64,000 nucleotides of DNA from the NCBI RefSeq assembly GCF_006345805.1, contig NC_043005.1, positions 62,001 through 126,000 on the forward strand. Reading direction: 5' to 3'. This stretch comes from Octopus sinensis (Eukaryota). Under the pieces are notes generated by a model. The model had not been told where the DNA came from, did no database searches, and saw only the letters and a list, made by a program, of their open reading frames with translations. Shown here one piece after another: positions 38,690 to 51,700 of the stretch; position 1 is the stretch's first letter; every line of letters begins with the position of its first letter. The translations under genes were made by a program, and so were the position numbers.

Positions 38690-39460
38690 ATCATACACAC
38701 ACACACATACACACATACACACATACACACATACATACATGCATACATGCATACATACATACATACATACATGCATACATGCATACATACATACATACAT
38801 ACATACATACATACACACACATACGTACATACATGCATACACACATACATACATACACACACATACATACATGCACACATACATACATACATACATACAC
38901 ACACATACATACATACACACATACATACATACATACATACATGAGCACATACATACATACATACACACATACATACATACATACATACATACATACACAC
39001 ACACATACATACATACATACATACATACACACATACATACATACATACATGCATACATACACACATACATGCATGCATACACACATACATACATACATAC
39101 ATGCATACATACACACATACATACATGCATACATACACACATACATACATGCATACATACATACATATATACATACATATATACATACATATATACATAC
39201 ATACATGCATACATACACACATACATACATACATGCGTACATACATACATACATACATACATACATACATACATACATACATACACACATACATACATAC
39301 ATCCATACATACACACACATACATAAATGCACACATACATACATACACACATACATACATACATACACCAATACATACATGCATACATACATACATACAT
39401 ACATACAACATACATACATACATACAGACAGACAGACAGACAGACATACATACATACATA
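38690..39460. repeat. (ATAC/AC)n microsatellite
   Basis: Direct inspection. Confidence 0.95.
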
Positions 39461-39717
39461 ATCTCGGCTCTTTAGGGAAAGCTGTAAATATCTAGGTTAT
39501 ACTTCCCACACAAGGAAGTATTGATGCCATGTGAGGCTCGTATTGTGACACCGAAGCATCAGTTACAGTAGATGAAAGTGATCCGTGACCATGAGATTTG
39601 AGACCATGAAATCAATAACATGATTTGAATTGCTAATGAACTTGAGGAGAGCTATGAATTAAGGACATTAGTAAAATCTATTTATCAGAAAAGCAAAATG
39701 AAAGAATGGACATATTC

Positions 39718-39931
39718 GTTTTTACTCAAGGCACAAGGCCCGAAATTTTGAGGGAGGGAGGCCAATCGATTAGACCGACCCCACTACGCAACTGGTACTT
39801 AATTTATCGACCCAGAAAGGATGAAAGGCAAAGTCAACCTCGGCGGAATTTGAACTCAGAACGTAAAGATAGGCGACATACCGCTAAGCATTTCGCCAGG
39901 CGTGCTAACGTTTTTGCTAGCTCGCCGCCTT
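39718..39931 (-). mobile_element. tRNA-derived SINE with Nin-type domain (copy 2)
   Basis: Aligns by eye with 3988-4204. B box GAGTTCAAATTCC. Confidence 0.85.
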
Positions 39932-39934
39932 AAG

Positions 39935-40700
39935 AATGGATATATTTACTGAGAAGGTAGTACATTTGTATTTGGCACGTAAAACACAAACCATAGAAAA
40001 GATTGATCATGTCAAAAGCTCGGTATGGTGTACCGACAAGTTTATGACATCTCACTTTGAAGGCTGCTTCCATTGTAATTCAAGAACAAAAGATCCCCAC
40101 CAAGTATCTACTGAGTAAAGGGCGGAAAGCATTGACAGACAATAAATGTGAGCTGTGCAAAACCAAGACTGAAGACATCAACCACATTATTGTCAACTGT
40201 GAGAGAATGTCTTCGTATGCGGCATGATATGATGGAGAGAAAAATCTGGAAGAAGATAAGAAAAGAAAACACCCACAGACGAAATTGACTATATTAAGGT
40301 GGATGGGTGAAAAGAATATTAGTGGAACTTATAAATTCTAACAGCCACCAACTTACAATACAATCAACCAGATATTGTCGCGTGAGACCATAAAGAAAAG
40401 ATATGTTCTGTTGTAGAAATCAGCTGCACCCTGGACACCGATGTGGTTAGAAAAATACAAGAGAAAGAGGACATCTATGGATCATAGATAAAGAATTTGC
40501 AAATATAGTACCCAATACAGACTTTTAGCTTCATGCTCATTATTATTGTAATAACAGGATACACACCAACCATCTGGAGCAAAGCATGCCTGAACTTGAG
40601 ATCTCGGGGAGAGAGCGTAAATCCTTACTTCACATCCTACAAATGATCACGACGTGTGAAACTAAATGAAATTTGCAAAATCCTTCTTAAGATTTAACAG
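39935..40700 (+). mobile_element. RLE-type LINE 3' fragment (CCHC + restriction-like endonuclease)
   Basis: TSHFEG, KCELCKTKTEDINHIIVNC, NQPDIV, VVEISCTLDTDV. Confidence 0.75.
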
Positions 40701-40807
40701 ATGACGAGCAAAACAAGATGCTTTCCGTTATTAAGAGGGTGGCCGGTCAAAACTTAAAAAGGGTGAAACAAAACATACATCCATACACACAAACGCAAAC
40801 GAAACAA

Positions 40808-40893
40808 ACTTACCTTCTGAGTTGCTGAACCACAACGAATTGCGAAGTTGTCTGCAAATGCGCTCAAGATGTAAAGCGCACGACTTTTATATA
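40808..40893 (-). promoter_or_regulatory. Candidate TATA box + ATG-free first exon + 5' splice donor
   Basis: TATATAAAAG at 40893-40884, Inr-like GCATTT about 34 nt downstream, perfect AG|GTAAGT donor at 40814/40813. Same strand as the lipoxygenase-like exons. Confidence 0.4.
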
Positions 40894-41166
40894 CGCTGTT
40901 ACTGCAACCACTACTACTACTACTACTACCTCCACCACCAACAGCACTTCCAACAATACCATTAACACCACCACCACCTCTTTTACTACTACTACTACTA
41001 CTACTACTACTACCTCATTTCACACGTACACCGACACGCGGTCGTACAATGAAATACATACATGTGTAGGTGTCAGTTGTGTCTTTGCATGTCAACCATA
41101 ATATGCATATATATGTATGCATGTTTGTATGTGTCTAAGCATATATATATATATATATATACATTC

Positions 41167-41197
<31 letters not shown>

Positions 41198-41334
41198 TTA
41201 TTATTATTATGTTTATATCAATAATAACAATATAATTATACTTATAGTAATCTTCACTAGACCATACATATTATAATAGATTCTAACATATCAGAAAATT
41301 ACGAAACAAGATTAAACATATATTTGTATATATA

Positions 41335-41620
41335 TATATATAAAACTGAGAGTGTGTGTCTGTCTGACTGTCTGTCTGTGTGCTTCCCTAAAACTTGAGA
41401 ACTACACAACCAATTTCATTCAAATTTTACACATGCCTTACTTAGGGTCCATGTAGTTTCATAGGCAAAAAAATGTTCAACTTCTTGCCTAGAGCGAGCC
41501 CATAGCAATATCATATTTTCTCCACTATTTCAGTATTATGTGTTAAAAAGTGAAACAAAAATATTTCTCTATTTTATGTCAGATACTTTCACTTTAACAA
41601 TAAAAATTATAATAACAATT
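41335..41620 (+). mobile_element. Putative non-autonomous Helitron/Helentron-derived (DINE/HINE-like) 5' segment
   Basis: TATATAAAACTGAGAGTGTGTGTC + (GTCT)n + aactacacaaccaatttcattcaaattttacac layout; recognised from general family features only. Confidence 0.4.
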
Positions 41621-41769
41621 GAATTATATGTAGTAAGTGATAATTAAAATCATACTAAAGTATAATATAAGTAAAAATAGCAATTAGTATAAAATTGCAT
41701 CAATGATTTGAAATTGAATAAGTGGTTTCACATGAATGGGAATAAATTAAAAATAAAATTAGCGTGCAG

Positions 41770-41861
41770 AAATGGAATAGTCCAGATGGATGATAAAAAA
41801 TTAAATTAAAGAAAAGACTATTGTCTATAAAGTATACAATGTAGAGAAAAAAGGTCGCGTT
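41770..41861 (+). pseudogene. Putative left half of an interrupted Tx1-type ORF1 (host of the array)
   Basis: RNGIVQM...KEKTIVYKVYNVEKKGRV resembles unit 1 ENGEVEL...RRTIKYKVFMNGGRKMEV. Confidence 0.45.
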
Positions 41862-43500
41862 TTTTTCGGCTCCGTGTTTTTTACGCTCGTAAAATTCGGT
41901 AAAGAAAGAGTTGTTGTTGTTGTGGAGGTTTTGAACGGCGTTGGGGCGGTTTCGCGTTCCACTGGTTCTGCGCGTTGCACTTTTTCGGTTCGGGAGGCCG
42001 TTTTTCGGTCTGAGGCGATTATGAGCCGCCTCCATCAAACGGAGGAGATGGAAGGGAGAAATTTCTCTGAAATTTCGACGGAAGTGTCGACATCTGAGGA
42101 GGAGTTGGCGGTGAAAAGGATGGAAGGCACCTACGCAGGTGTAACGAAGAAGTCAACGGAAAGAGAGATAGACCTGGCTAAGTTGGCGGGCCTCCAGGAG
42201 TTTGTGAAGGAGGACGAGAACGGTGAAGTTGAGCTGCTGCCTCCAGTAGGGCGCGGAGACTGGTTCCATCGTAGAACCATTAAATATAAAGTATTTATGA
42301 ATGGAGGTAGAAAGATGGAAGTAATTAACATGGAAGCAATTGAAGAGGCTCTCAAGCAGACAGGAGAGGAAATTGTGTACATGACAAAAGGATTACAATA
42401 CGGAACCGTAACGGTGCAATTTAAAAGTGAAAAAGCAGCCAGGAATGTAGCAGCCAAGGTGGTGAGTACAGAAAAGATTTACTTGTTACCCTCGTATCTG
42501 AATAGGCGGACAACCAGAATTAGGGTGGAAGGAATACCTCCACACCTAGAGGGCGAATTAATAACGGCTGCGGTTATAAAAGGAAATGAAGATAAAGTGG
42601 ACATCCTCCACGCCATTATGAAGTATGAAGGCGTGAGAGGTGCCACACTAGTTATGAACATTCAAACGGAGGCGGATGTTATAGAGAGGATACGGACAGC
42701 ATAAAAACTGGAAATATTATTATGAGAGTGGGTGGAGGGTAGGGCGCCCAGGTGCTACAAGTGTGGCCAAAGGGGTCACAGAGAGCCTACTGCCCTCCCC
42801 CCCAAAGGAAAAAGAAAAGGAAAGCGTTGAGGAAGCCTCAGGAGAGGAAGAAAATAAACAGAAACAAACAGAGAAGAAAACGACAGAAGAAGAGGAGAGA
42901 TGCAACAAGAGTGGAAAGAAGGGGGAACAAAGAGAAAAAGAAAGAAAAAGAAAAACTGTGCGAGCCCCCAACCACCCCGACACCACCCATACCCTTGGAG
43001 TCCCATCCTTCCCCTGCAAACAGTGATTCCACCCACTCCCCGCCTACAAGAAAATAAAAACAGACACACAGAGCAAAGAAAGTCCCAAGACCCATTTTTA
43101 TGTGTTATACATGGGAAAGACATACAAAACGTTAAAAAACGGGTGTTAACCAAGTGGTACGAACACGAAGATAGATTGTAGCACACGGCTGTGGATAGTG
43201 ATGATACGGGTATATTGGCGAGAAGGGTTGAGGAAGAGGGTGTGTGTTGGAAGTCAGGGAAATGAAAGATGAATGGATAGAGATGGCTAAAAGAAAAACG
43301 AATGTTGTGATAGGAAAAAAGGAATACTAATTGGAAATGGGTGAAAGGATAGATAAGTGATGCTGGCGGATGGGGCCGTCGGTATCACTCTCATATACCA
43401 TTTTCATATCCATTTTGCTCATATATATGTAATTGTGATGTTCTATGTCCCAATGTTTGTAATGTCCCCTCTATGTAGCCCCTAGTGGGTAATAAAAAAA
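41862..43500 (+). mobile_element. Array unit 1: ORF1-only Tx1/L1-type element
   Basis: ORF1 from ATG 42021 (TYAGV, YGTVTVQF RRM-like region, frameshifted CCHC, K/E linker, C-terminal domain). No ORF2. Ends GCCCCTAGTGGGTAATAAAAAAA. Confidence 0.8.
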
Positions 43501-45177
43501 TACGCGTTTTCTTGCGCTCTGTAAAATTCGGTTAAAAAAGAAAAAAAGAACAAAAAGTGAATTGTGGTTGTGGAATTGGAACGTCGGTTGGTGCGGTTTC
43601 GCGTCGCACTGTTCGTGCGCCGCACGTTTTCTGTTCGGGAGGCCGTTTTTCGGTCTGAGGCGACTATGAGCCGCCTCTACCAAACGGATGAGATGGAAGG
43701 GAGGGAGAAATTCTCTGAAAATTCGTCGACATCGGAGGAGGAGTTGGCGGTGAAAAAATGGAAAGCACCTACGCAGGTTATAACGAAGAAGTCAACAGAA
43801 AAAGAGATAGACCTGGCTAAGTTGACGGACTTCCAGGAGTTTATGAAGGAGGAGGAGAACGGAGAGGTTGAGCTGTTGCCTCTAGCAGGGCGCGGAGACT
43901 GGTTCCATCGTAGTAGAACCATTAAATAAAAGTATTTATGAATGGAGGTAGAAAAATGGAAGTGATTAACATGGAAGCAATTGAAGAGGCTTTCAAACAG
44001 ACAGGAGAAGAAATTGTGTACATGACAAAAGGATTAGAATATGGAACCATAACGGTACAATTTAAAAGTGAGAAAGCAGCCAGGAATATAGCAGCCAAGG
44101 TGGTGAGTACAGAAAAGTTTTACTTATTCCCCTCGTATTTGAATAGAAGGACCACCAGAATTAGGGTGGAAGGAACCTCCGCCACACCTAGAGGCGAATT
44201 AATAACGGCTGCGGTTATCAAAGGAAATGAAGATAAAGTGGACATCCTCCACGCCATAATGAAATATGAAGGCGTGAGAGGTGCCACACTAGTAATGAAC
44301 ATACAGACGGAGGCGGAAGTTATAGAAAAGCTTACGGACAGTATAAAAACTGGAAATATTATTATGAGAGTGTGGGTGGAGGGTAGGGCGCCCAGGTGCT
44401 ACAAGTGTGGCCTGAGGGGTCACATAAGAGCCTACTGCCCTCCCCCACCAAAGGAAAAAGAAAAGGAAATCGTCGCGGAAGCCCCAAAAGAGGAAGAAAC
44501 TAAAGAGAACCAAAGGGAAACAGAAACGACAGAAGAAGAGGAGATGCAACAAGAGTGGGAAGAAGGAAGAAAAAAGAGAAAAAGAAAGAAAAAAAAAAAC
44601 TGTGCGAAGCCCCAACCCACCCCAACACCACCCGCACCCTCTGAATCCCACCCTTCCCTGCAGACAGTGAACCCACCCGCTCCCCTCCAACAAGAAAACA
44701 AAAGAAAAATATTAATACAGACAGACAAGAGTTTGAAAACGAACCCAGGCCGAACATTTTATTGTGACTGAACGGAAAGAGGTTGAAAGGGTAATGGAGG
44801 AGTATGAATGGTATGAAATGGATGGGACCAGATATGCAGTGCTGGAAAAGAAGATATAGATGAGTTTGTGTTGAGGTGTGAAAGAGAGAATTGGGAGGTG
44901 AAAGATACAAGAATGAGCGATGAATTCGTGGAATATATGGAGGACAGTTTCGGAGTAGAATGGATATGGATGGTCTTCGTATTGGGAATGAACATTCAGG
45001 TGACAGTGAAAACAAAAGGACAGGTAAGTGATGCTGGCGGAGGGGGCCGTTAGCATCGCTTTCATATTATCATTTTTTCATTTTCATTTGCTCATAAATT
45101 TAATCATATTGTTCTATGTCCCCCATGTTTTGTTATGTCCGGCATTCTTCGTAGCCCCTGGTGGGTAATAAAGAAAT
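43501..45177 (+). mobile_element. Array unit 2: ORF1-only Tx1/L1-type element, same family as unit 1
   Basis: ORF1 from ATG 43666, CYKCGLRGHIRAYC knuckle. 5' and 3' UTRs homologous to unit 1. Ends GCCCCTGGTGGGTAATAAAGAAAT. Confidence 0.82.
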
Positions 45178-45190
45178 AACATGGAGGAAA

Positions 45191-47105
45191 TCTATCCACG
45201 TGTGTTGTGAGTTATTTTGTATGTGAAAATTGGAAAAAAAACTGTTAAAAATTGTCAAAAAATTGAATCGCGCGAGGCGTTTGCCGCTACGTGTTTGAAC
45301 CTTTTATAGAAGGTGTGTCGACCCTCAAGTCATGGAGACTTACGCGGGGGTCGCCACAACAAAAAGTGACGAGTCTCTTAGAATAAAAGAAGTGTTCTTT
45401 AGAAAAGAACAATTGAAGGAATACGAGAAGTTCGTCAAAAGGGAGGGTGACAGCGTGAAGCTGGTCCCGCCTGTGGAAAAACAAAGAAGAGAAAAATAAC
45501 AAGATGATAACGTATAGAACGCAAGATAGAAACACGAGAAAACTGGTGAGAGTGACGATTGAAGAAATAGAGAAATGTCTGGGGGACATCATGAAAAAAG
45601 CGACTTTTGTAGACAGAGGAAAGAAATATGGTACGGTGGAGGTGAGATGCGCAACAAAGGAAGTGGCGGCCTCATTGGCTTCCACTGTCCTGAAAGCGGA
45701 AAATTTCACCATGTGGCCGACGTATAAAGGAAGACGAGGGGTACGGGTAAGAGTCCCAAAGGTGCCCCCAGATATTAAAACAGAAATGCTGGTAACAGCC
45801 ATTATTGGGGCAGCAAAAGAGGAAGTAGAAATAGGGTCAATTAAGGAGACGAACGTTGTAAATTGGAAGGGATTCGGAGTAGAGTTGTGGCTGATGGCCA
45901 CAATGGAAGACATCGAAAGATTTCCCTTCAAATAGAAATAGAAAACGAGAAAACAATTAGTGTAATAGTGGAAGGCAGAAAACCGAATTGCTACCTGTGC
46001 GGATCAAGAGGGCACATAAAAAGGAATGTCCGCTGTATGAATTCACAGCGGAGCAAAAAGAGACACAAAGTGGAGAGAAGGAAAACGAACACGAAGGAAA
46101 GAACAGCGAAAACAAGGAAAAGGAAATAACGGAAAAACAACAAGAGAAGAAGTAACAGCGCACTGAAGGAAAATGAAAACAAAGGGAAGAAGATAGTAGA
46201 AAAGGAGCAAAATTCACAGGGTGCAGAAGTAGTGGAGAAGGAGCCAAGGCAGAAGCAAGAGAAAGAAAAGGAAAGTACATTAAAGGAAAGAGAAAAAGCA
46301 GGAAAAGAACAAGAGAAGGAACAGAACCAAGAGAAAGGAAAAGATGGTATGCAAAAAGGAAAAGAAACAACAGGAAAGGAACTTAAGGCACAGGGTAGAG
46401 AGACGGCAGACAAAGAGCCAAAAAGACAAGAGAAGGAAAAAGAAAGAAGAGAAAGCAAAAAGAGAGAAAGAGAGAAACCGAGGGAGGAGAAAAAAGAGGA
46501 AGTAAGTCCTAAGAGAAAAACTAGAGAAAACGTAGGTACGAATAGAAAATTCAAATACTATGGAACGTTGATCCATCACAGGCACTGTGAGGAGATGGAA
46601 GATTTAATAAACGTAACAAACGGATATACGTGGGTCAGGATGGGCACCGAATGGAAAGAAACAGGTGCACTCGTCCACGAGAACGACGCCGAGGCGTTCA
46701 TCGAGGCAGCTGGCAAGAACGTGTCAAAACATATGAAATGCCGACTTACAAGGTGGCCTCGAACGATGGAAGTTTACTCAGATTTGGTAGACATAATGGA
46801 GTATATATAAAAGAAAAGGTATTGTGAAAACTTTAATTTGGAAATGATAAAAAGAACTTTAAATTCTGAAAAAAAAAAAAAAGAAATGTTGAACTTTGTA
46901 AAACTTTTGAAATGTATGTTGAAAATGTATAAAATGTTTTATTTGGAAAATATTGTTGACGAATAAAAAACAAATGACGAAATGTAACCGCTCGATTTCG
47001 GGGATCGAGTGGGCATTACACCACATTGTACAAACTTCATAATTCATTATTCATTTTCCCGATTGTATTGTCCCATCTATGTAGCCCCTAGTGGGTAATA
47101 ATAAA
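45191..47105 (+). mobile_element. Array unit 3: divergent ORF1-only Tx1/L1-type element
   Basis: ORF1 from ATG 45332 (METYAGV, RGKKYGTVEVRC, CYLCGSRGHIKRN) to stop 46810. No ORF2. Ends GCCCCTAGTGGGTAATAATAA. Confidence 0.8.
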
Positions 47106-47336
47106 ACAACATCGAGGAAATCAATTTTTTGCGTTTATTAGTAAGTTGATATATTTTTGCTCTCGTACTATTATCTCTGTTATTATATACTGTTGGTCTA
47201 CCTGTTTTGTCTATTGTTGTCTAACTGACGAAGTCAGCCTTCGCGCGAAGACTTCGCGTTGGTGTTCCCCCCTCCGTGGGGAAAAAACTACAATTAATTT
47301 GGATTTACCAAAGGCTTGTTAAAACCATTGTTCAAG

Positions 47337-48708
47337 ATGGAGTCCCCCATCTCTTATTCGCCTGTGACGAGCGAGGATGAATACCCGGCGTTGTCGCCAA
47401 GAAAAAAAGAGGCGTTGTCGCCAAGAAAAAAAGAGGCGTTGTCGCCGAAGAAAAAAGAGGCGGCGTCGCCCAAGAAAATGGAAAAACCAGTACCAGCATC
47501 AACTCCAGCGAAAAAATTCGCTGAAGTGGCTGGGAAAAGATTAAAAAAATAAATATAGAAAATTTGGAAAAATTTGCAGACTGTGTAAAAAAAGAGGCAC
47601 AGAAGTGACTGTGGCCACAAATACAAAAACATGACGATATAGAAAAAAAAAGAATAATATATAAAACTTACGACACAACGACAAAAATGATCCAAAAAAT
47701 CGAAGAAAAAAAAATAGAGTTTTGTCTAAAACCTTTTATGGATAAAATAACGTATATAAACAGAGGAAAAAGATACGGCACAGTGGAGGTGCGTTTTACT
47801 ACGGAGGAGATAGCGAAGAAACTATCGATGGAGCCGATCAAAGCAGAAAACATTGTCTTACTACCATTGTATAAAGGAAAAAGGACGTCGAAAATTTCAA
47901 TGAACAACATACCGCCAGAGGCAGATGCTGAATGTCTGGTGGCAGCAGTGATGGTAGGTCTGGAGGAAAATAAACATCCTCCAGGCCACAGTGGAGGAAG
48001 AGGAGTTTTGGAAAGGGCAGAAAATAGTGATAGCCATTCAGGCGGAGGTGCAAACACTGGAAGAAATTCCAGAAACGGTAAGATTAGTGAAGACGAGAAA
48101 ATAACAGTTTTCGTGGAGGGCAGGAAGCCGAGGTGCTTCGGCTGCGGCAAGAAGGGTCATGTAAGGGCGGAATGCCAACCCCAACCCAAACCGCAGGAAG
48201 CACCTAAGCCAAAAGAAAAAGAAGATAATGTGTCACCAGAAGCAGCGTCGGACGGCCCAGAAGGGAAGACTGAAGGTGTGGAGGTGACGGTGACAGCAGA
48301 ACCAGCGGCGGAGGAAAAAAAGAGCGAGGAAAAGATAAATGAGGAGGGGTGGGCAAAAATTACGGGAAAAAAAAAAGAAAAACGGAAACCACCCCTCCCA
48401 GAGTAATTTTAAAAAAGAAAAAAGAGTCAATGAACTCGTATATGGCCGTAAAGGCAGCAAATAGCAGACTCGGAAACGTGTTGGCAGCCATGGCCAAAGT
48501 GGAGAAAGTAGTGAAAAAAAACGACTTTGTAATTTACAGAATAGGCCGGAAGGATTACGGGCGGATAAAGTCAGAATTCTTCCAAGACGTAGGCCCACTT
48601 AGATTGGATGTGACATCTCCACATATATTCGAGGGCCTACGTCAGACTCCCCCACGAGGCCCAGAAAAAGAGTTAGAAGAACAAGAGAAAACCGAACCAC
48701 TGATATAA
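47337..48708 (+). pseudogene. Tx1-type ORF1 (SPxK repeats, RRM-like region, CCHC knuckle), frameshifted
   Basis: ALSPRKKE x4, YINRGKRYGTVEVRF, CFGCGKKGHVRAEC; split over several frames. Confidence 0.8.
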
Positions 48709-48716
48709 GGTAAGTA

Positions 48717-51700
48717 ATGGATTACATTTATGTTGGTTTTTTGGATGTGCGCGGCCTGGGAGCAGGCTGGAAGCAAGGTCGCTTCCTGCATGATATCAGG
48801 TCGCGTAATTTAGATGTTATTGTTGCTACAGAAACCAGGTTAGAGGGGCCAAGAGGTCTACTCCCGCTGTTTGACGGCTACGAGAGTTTTTTCTCTCCTG
48901 GCAGTCCTACAGGCGGGAGTGGGGTGTTGGTCCTATTAAAAAGAAACCGGGTTTCTGAGAAAAAGTTATTTTTGCAGATCCAGAAGGTAGGCTGGTCGTC
49001 ATGGATTTGACGTTCAGTAATGGTAAAGTTATCAGACTGGTTGCAATTTACGCACCCAACCATACAGGGCAAAGTGATTATTTTCGTGAACTAGAAAACT
49101 TTCTTGGTACTTCGCATTCATTAGTGGTGCTAGGAGACTTTAACACAATTTGCAAAGCGGATGTAGATTGTGTTGGCTCGCGTCCAGATAGAAAAGGCAA
49201 CAGTGGCTTCATGGAACTGCTAAGCCGCTTTGAGCTAGCAGATCCTTATAGGCTGGAATTTCCGAACGCTCCATTGTGGACATGGTCAAACAGCGACGGA
49301 TCTTCCAGGTCATATTTAGATAGAATACTAATTAGAAAAGTAGACAGTAAAATAGCTAAGTGTCCACAGTTTTACCCGATCAGCTACAGTGATCATAAAA
49401 TGGTCACTTGTAAGCTTGACATAGATAAGGTTAAAAATAGAGGATCCGGTTACTGGAAACTTAATACGTCCCTTTTGGCGATTAAGGAGTACAAAGACCG
49501 GATTAGGAATATAATTCAGAGGGCACTATCTGGTACCATCATTAATAACAAATGGTGGTACGCCCTCAAACGAGCCATCAAGTTTGAGTCTATTAGATAT
49601 AGCATAGGAGTAGTGGCTAGAGAGGCTAGAAGGGAAACTACTCTAGTTAAGGAATTAGAGGAAGCCATGAAAACTGGCTCTGCGGCTCAGGTGGCGTCCA
49701 AGAGACTGGTGTTAAACCAGCACCTCGAGGCCAAACACATGGGCTGCATTGTCAGGGCTAGAATCCGCCATATGGGATGTGAAGGAATCAACGCCGTGAG
49801 ATGGGCCCGAGTGGTGGAAGCTCAGCATGGTAACGATGCCACGATTCGATCTTTGACGAACCAACAAGGTGAGTTGATAAACGAACCCGAGGAGATGTGT
49901 GAGGCCTTTCAGGAGCACTTCGCTCAGCTTTTCGGTGAGTGCGGCGGACTGGATAGGAGGAGGGCCTTTACGGACCTACTCGACGGGCTGCCGCGCTTAT
50001 CGGGGCGAGATGCGGAGGGCTGTGAAGGGCCAATCACGCTTGAGGAGGTGGTTGAGGCAATGGCGGACTGCGGCGCGGGCAAGGCGCCGGGTTTGGATGG
50101 TCTACCCTATGAGTTATATAAGAGTATGCCAGACTTGTTCGGGCACCTACTGGCGGAGGTCTATGCGAACTGGCAGCAGAACGGGCTTATACCCAGATCT
50201 GTGCGCCGGGGAGTAGTGACTCTCGTCAGAAAGGACCCGAGCAAGGGGGAGTGCATTGATAATTTCAGGCCCATCACTCTGCTAAACACAGAGTTGAAGA
50301 TTTTGGCCAAAGTGTTATCGAAAAGATTGGCGCGTGTCGCGGATGGTCTGATCGGAGAGGCACAGACATGTGCCGTTCCGGGCAGATCCATTCAGGATAA
50401 TCTCCATCTAATGCGGTACACTATAGAGGGGTTTAATAGTGATTCTGGCAAGGGTGGGGCACTGGTCCATTTAGACCAATCTAAAGCTTTTGATAGGGTC
50501 GACCATCGTTACCTGGTATCTGCCCTGGCACAGTTTGGGCTGAGCCTTGGCTTCCTCAGGTGGATTATCCAAATTTATGATAACATCGACTCGGTAGTTC
50601 GGGTGAACGGCTTCTTGTCGAAGCCGTTCAAAATCAAACGCTCGGTTCGTCAAGGGTGTCCGCTCTCCCCGCTTTTGTACGTGATGGCTCTTGAGCCATT
50701 ACTGCGAAAACTGAGCGGCATCCCGAGACAGCCAGGTAATGGAAAATCAGTGTCAGCGTACGCGAATGACATCACCATCATCGTAACCGAAATGGACCAC
50801 CTATGTAAAGTAGGCAAGGCCATAGAGGTTTACGAGACGGTGACAGGAGCAAAAGTTAATCGCGAAAAGTCAGTCGGCTTGCAACTCGGCACCTGGAGAG
50901 GCAAGTCGATGCCTCCTGACAGCGTCGTGGGACGTTGGACGGAGGGTCCGATTAAACTGCTAGGGGTCTGGTTCGGTCCAGACCTCCAAATAGAGAAGAA
51001 TTGGGGCGAGGTAACGAGCAAGGTGGCTGCAGTAGCCAAGACCTGGTCTTGGCGGTGGCTATCCCTGAAAGGGAGGGCGGAGGTGGCCAATGTGTTTATC
51101 GCATCGGTTATCACCTACCGCCTTTCCGTCGTTCCTTGCCCTGATTCGTGGTTGATCAAGTTGGAAAGACAGCTCTTCTACTTCTTGTGGAAGGGCGGGA
51201 AACCACTTGTGAAACACTCTACAACCGTTAAAGGGTGGGCTAGGGATGCCTTGGCTGATGATGCGCAGACATGCGCTGAGGTTAAGACATCTGTGGCTCT
51301 ACCTGGATGGTGAACGGGTGTGGTCTTCGCTAGCAAAACTGATGTTTCCCAAGTTTACTAGTTTTGGTGGATGGGAAACCTGGCTGAATCGTAGATCGAA
51401 ACTTGGTACTTGGTACACGGAGTGTCGCAAGGCTCTCCTGCTATTCCGTCGCTCGGGCAACGCCTGCGGTGGGGGTTCCACCACATTCTTCTATAGAGGG
51501 TTGGTAGAGGCGGAATGTGAAGATACCTTGGGGGAAACCCTAGGTCTCGACGATAATCAGCTGGCCAGTCTGTTCCGACGTACGTTCGAGCCGAGGACAC
51601 TGGACAACTTCCAGAAGTCTCTGGCATGGCAATGCTACAGAGGAGCTCTACCTGTTCGGGATAAACTCGCAAGGCACGGTGGCCAAGACAGTCCGATATG

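Noticed and set aside
38656-39495. MYVC/HTYI ORFs, and similar IY/TH/II ORFs at 3.5, 10.3, 17-18, 21.6, 55.3 and 61.4 kb
   Set aside because: Microsatellite translations.
45957-46585. Hydrophobic Phe/Leu/Ser-rich minus-strand ORFs over the array (also 42720-43186 and 44289-45015)
   Set aside because: Antisense shadows of purine-rich K/E linker coding sequence.
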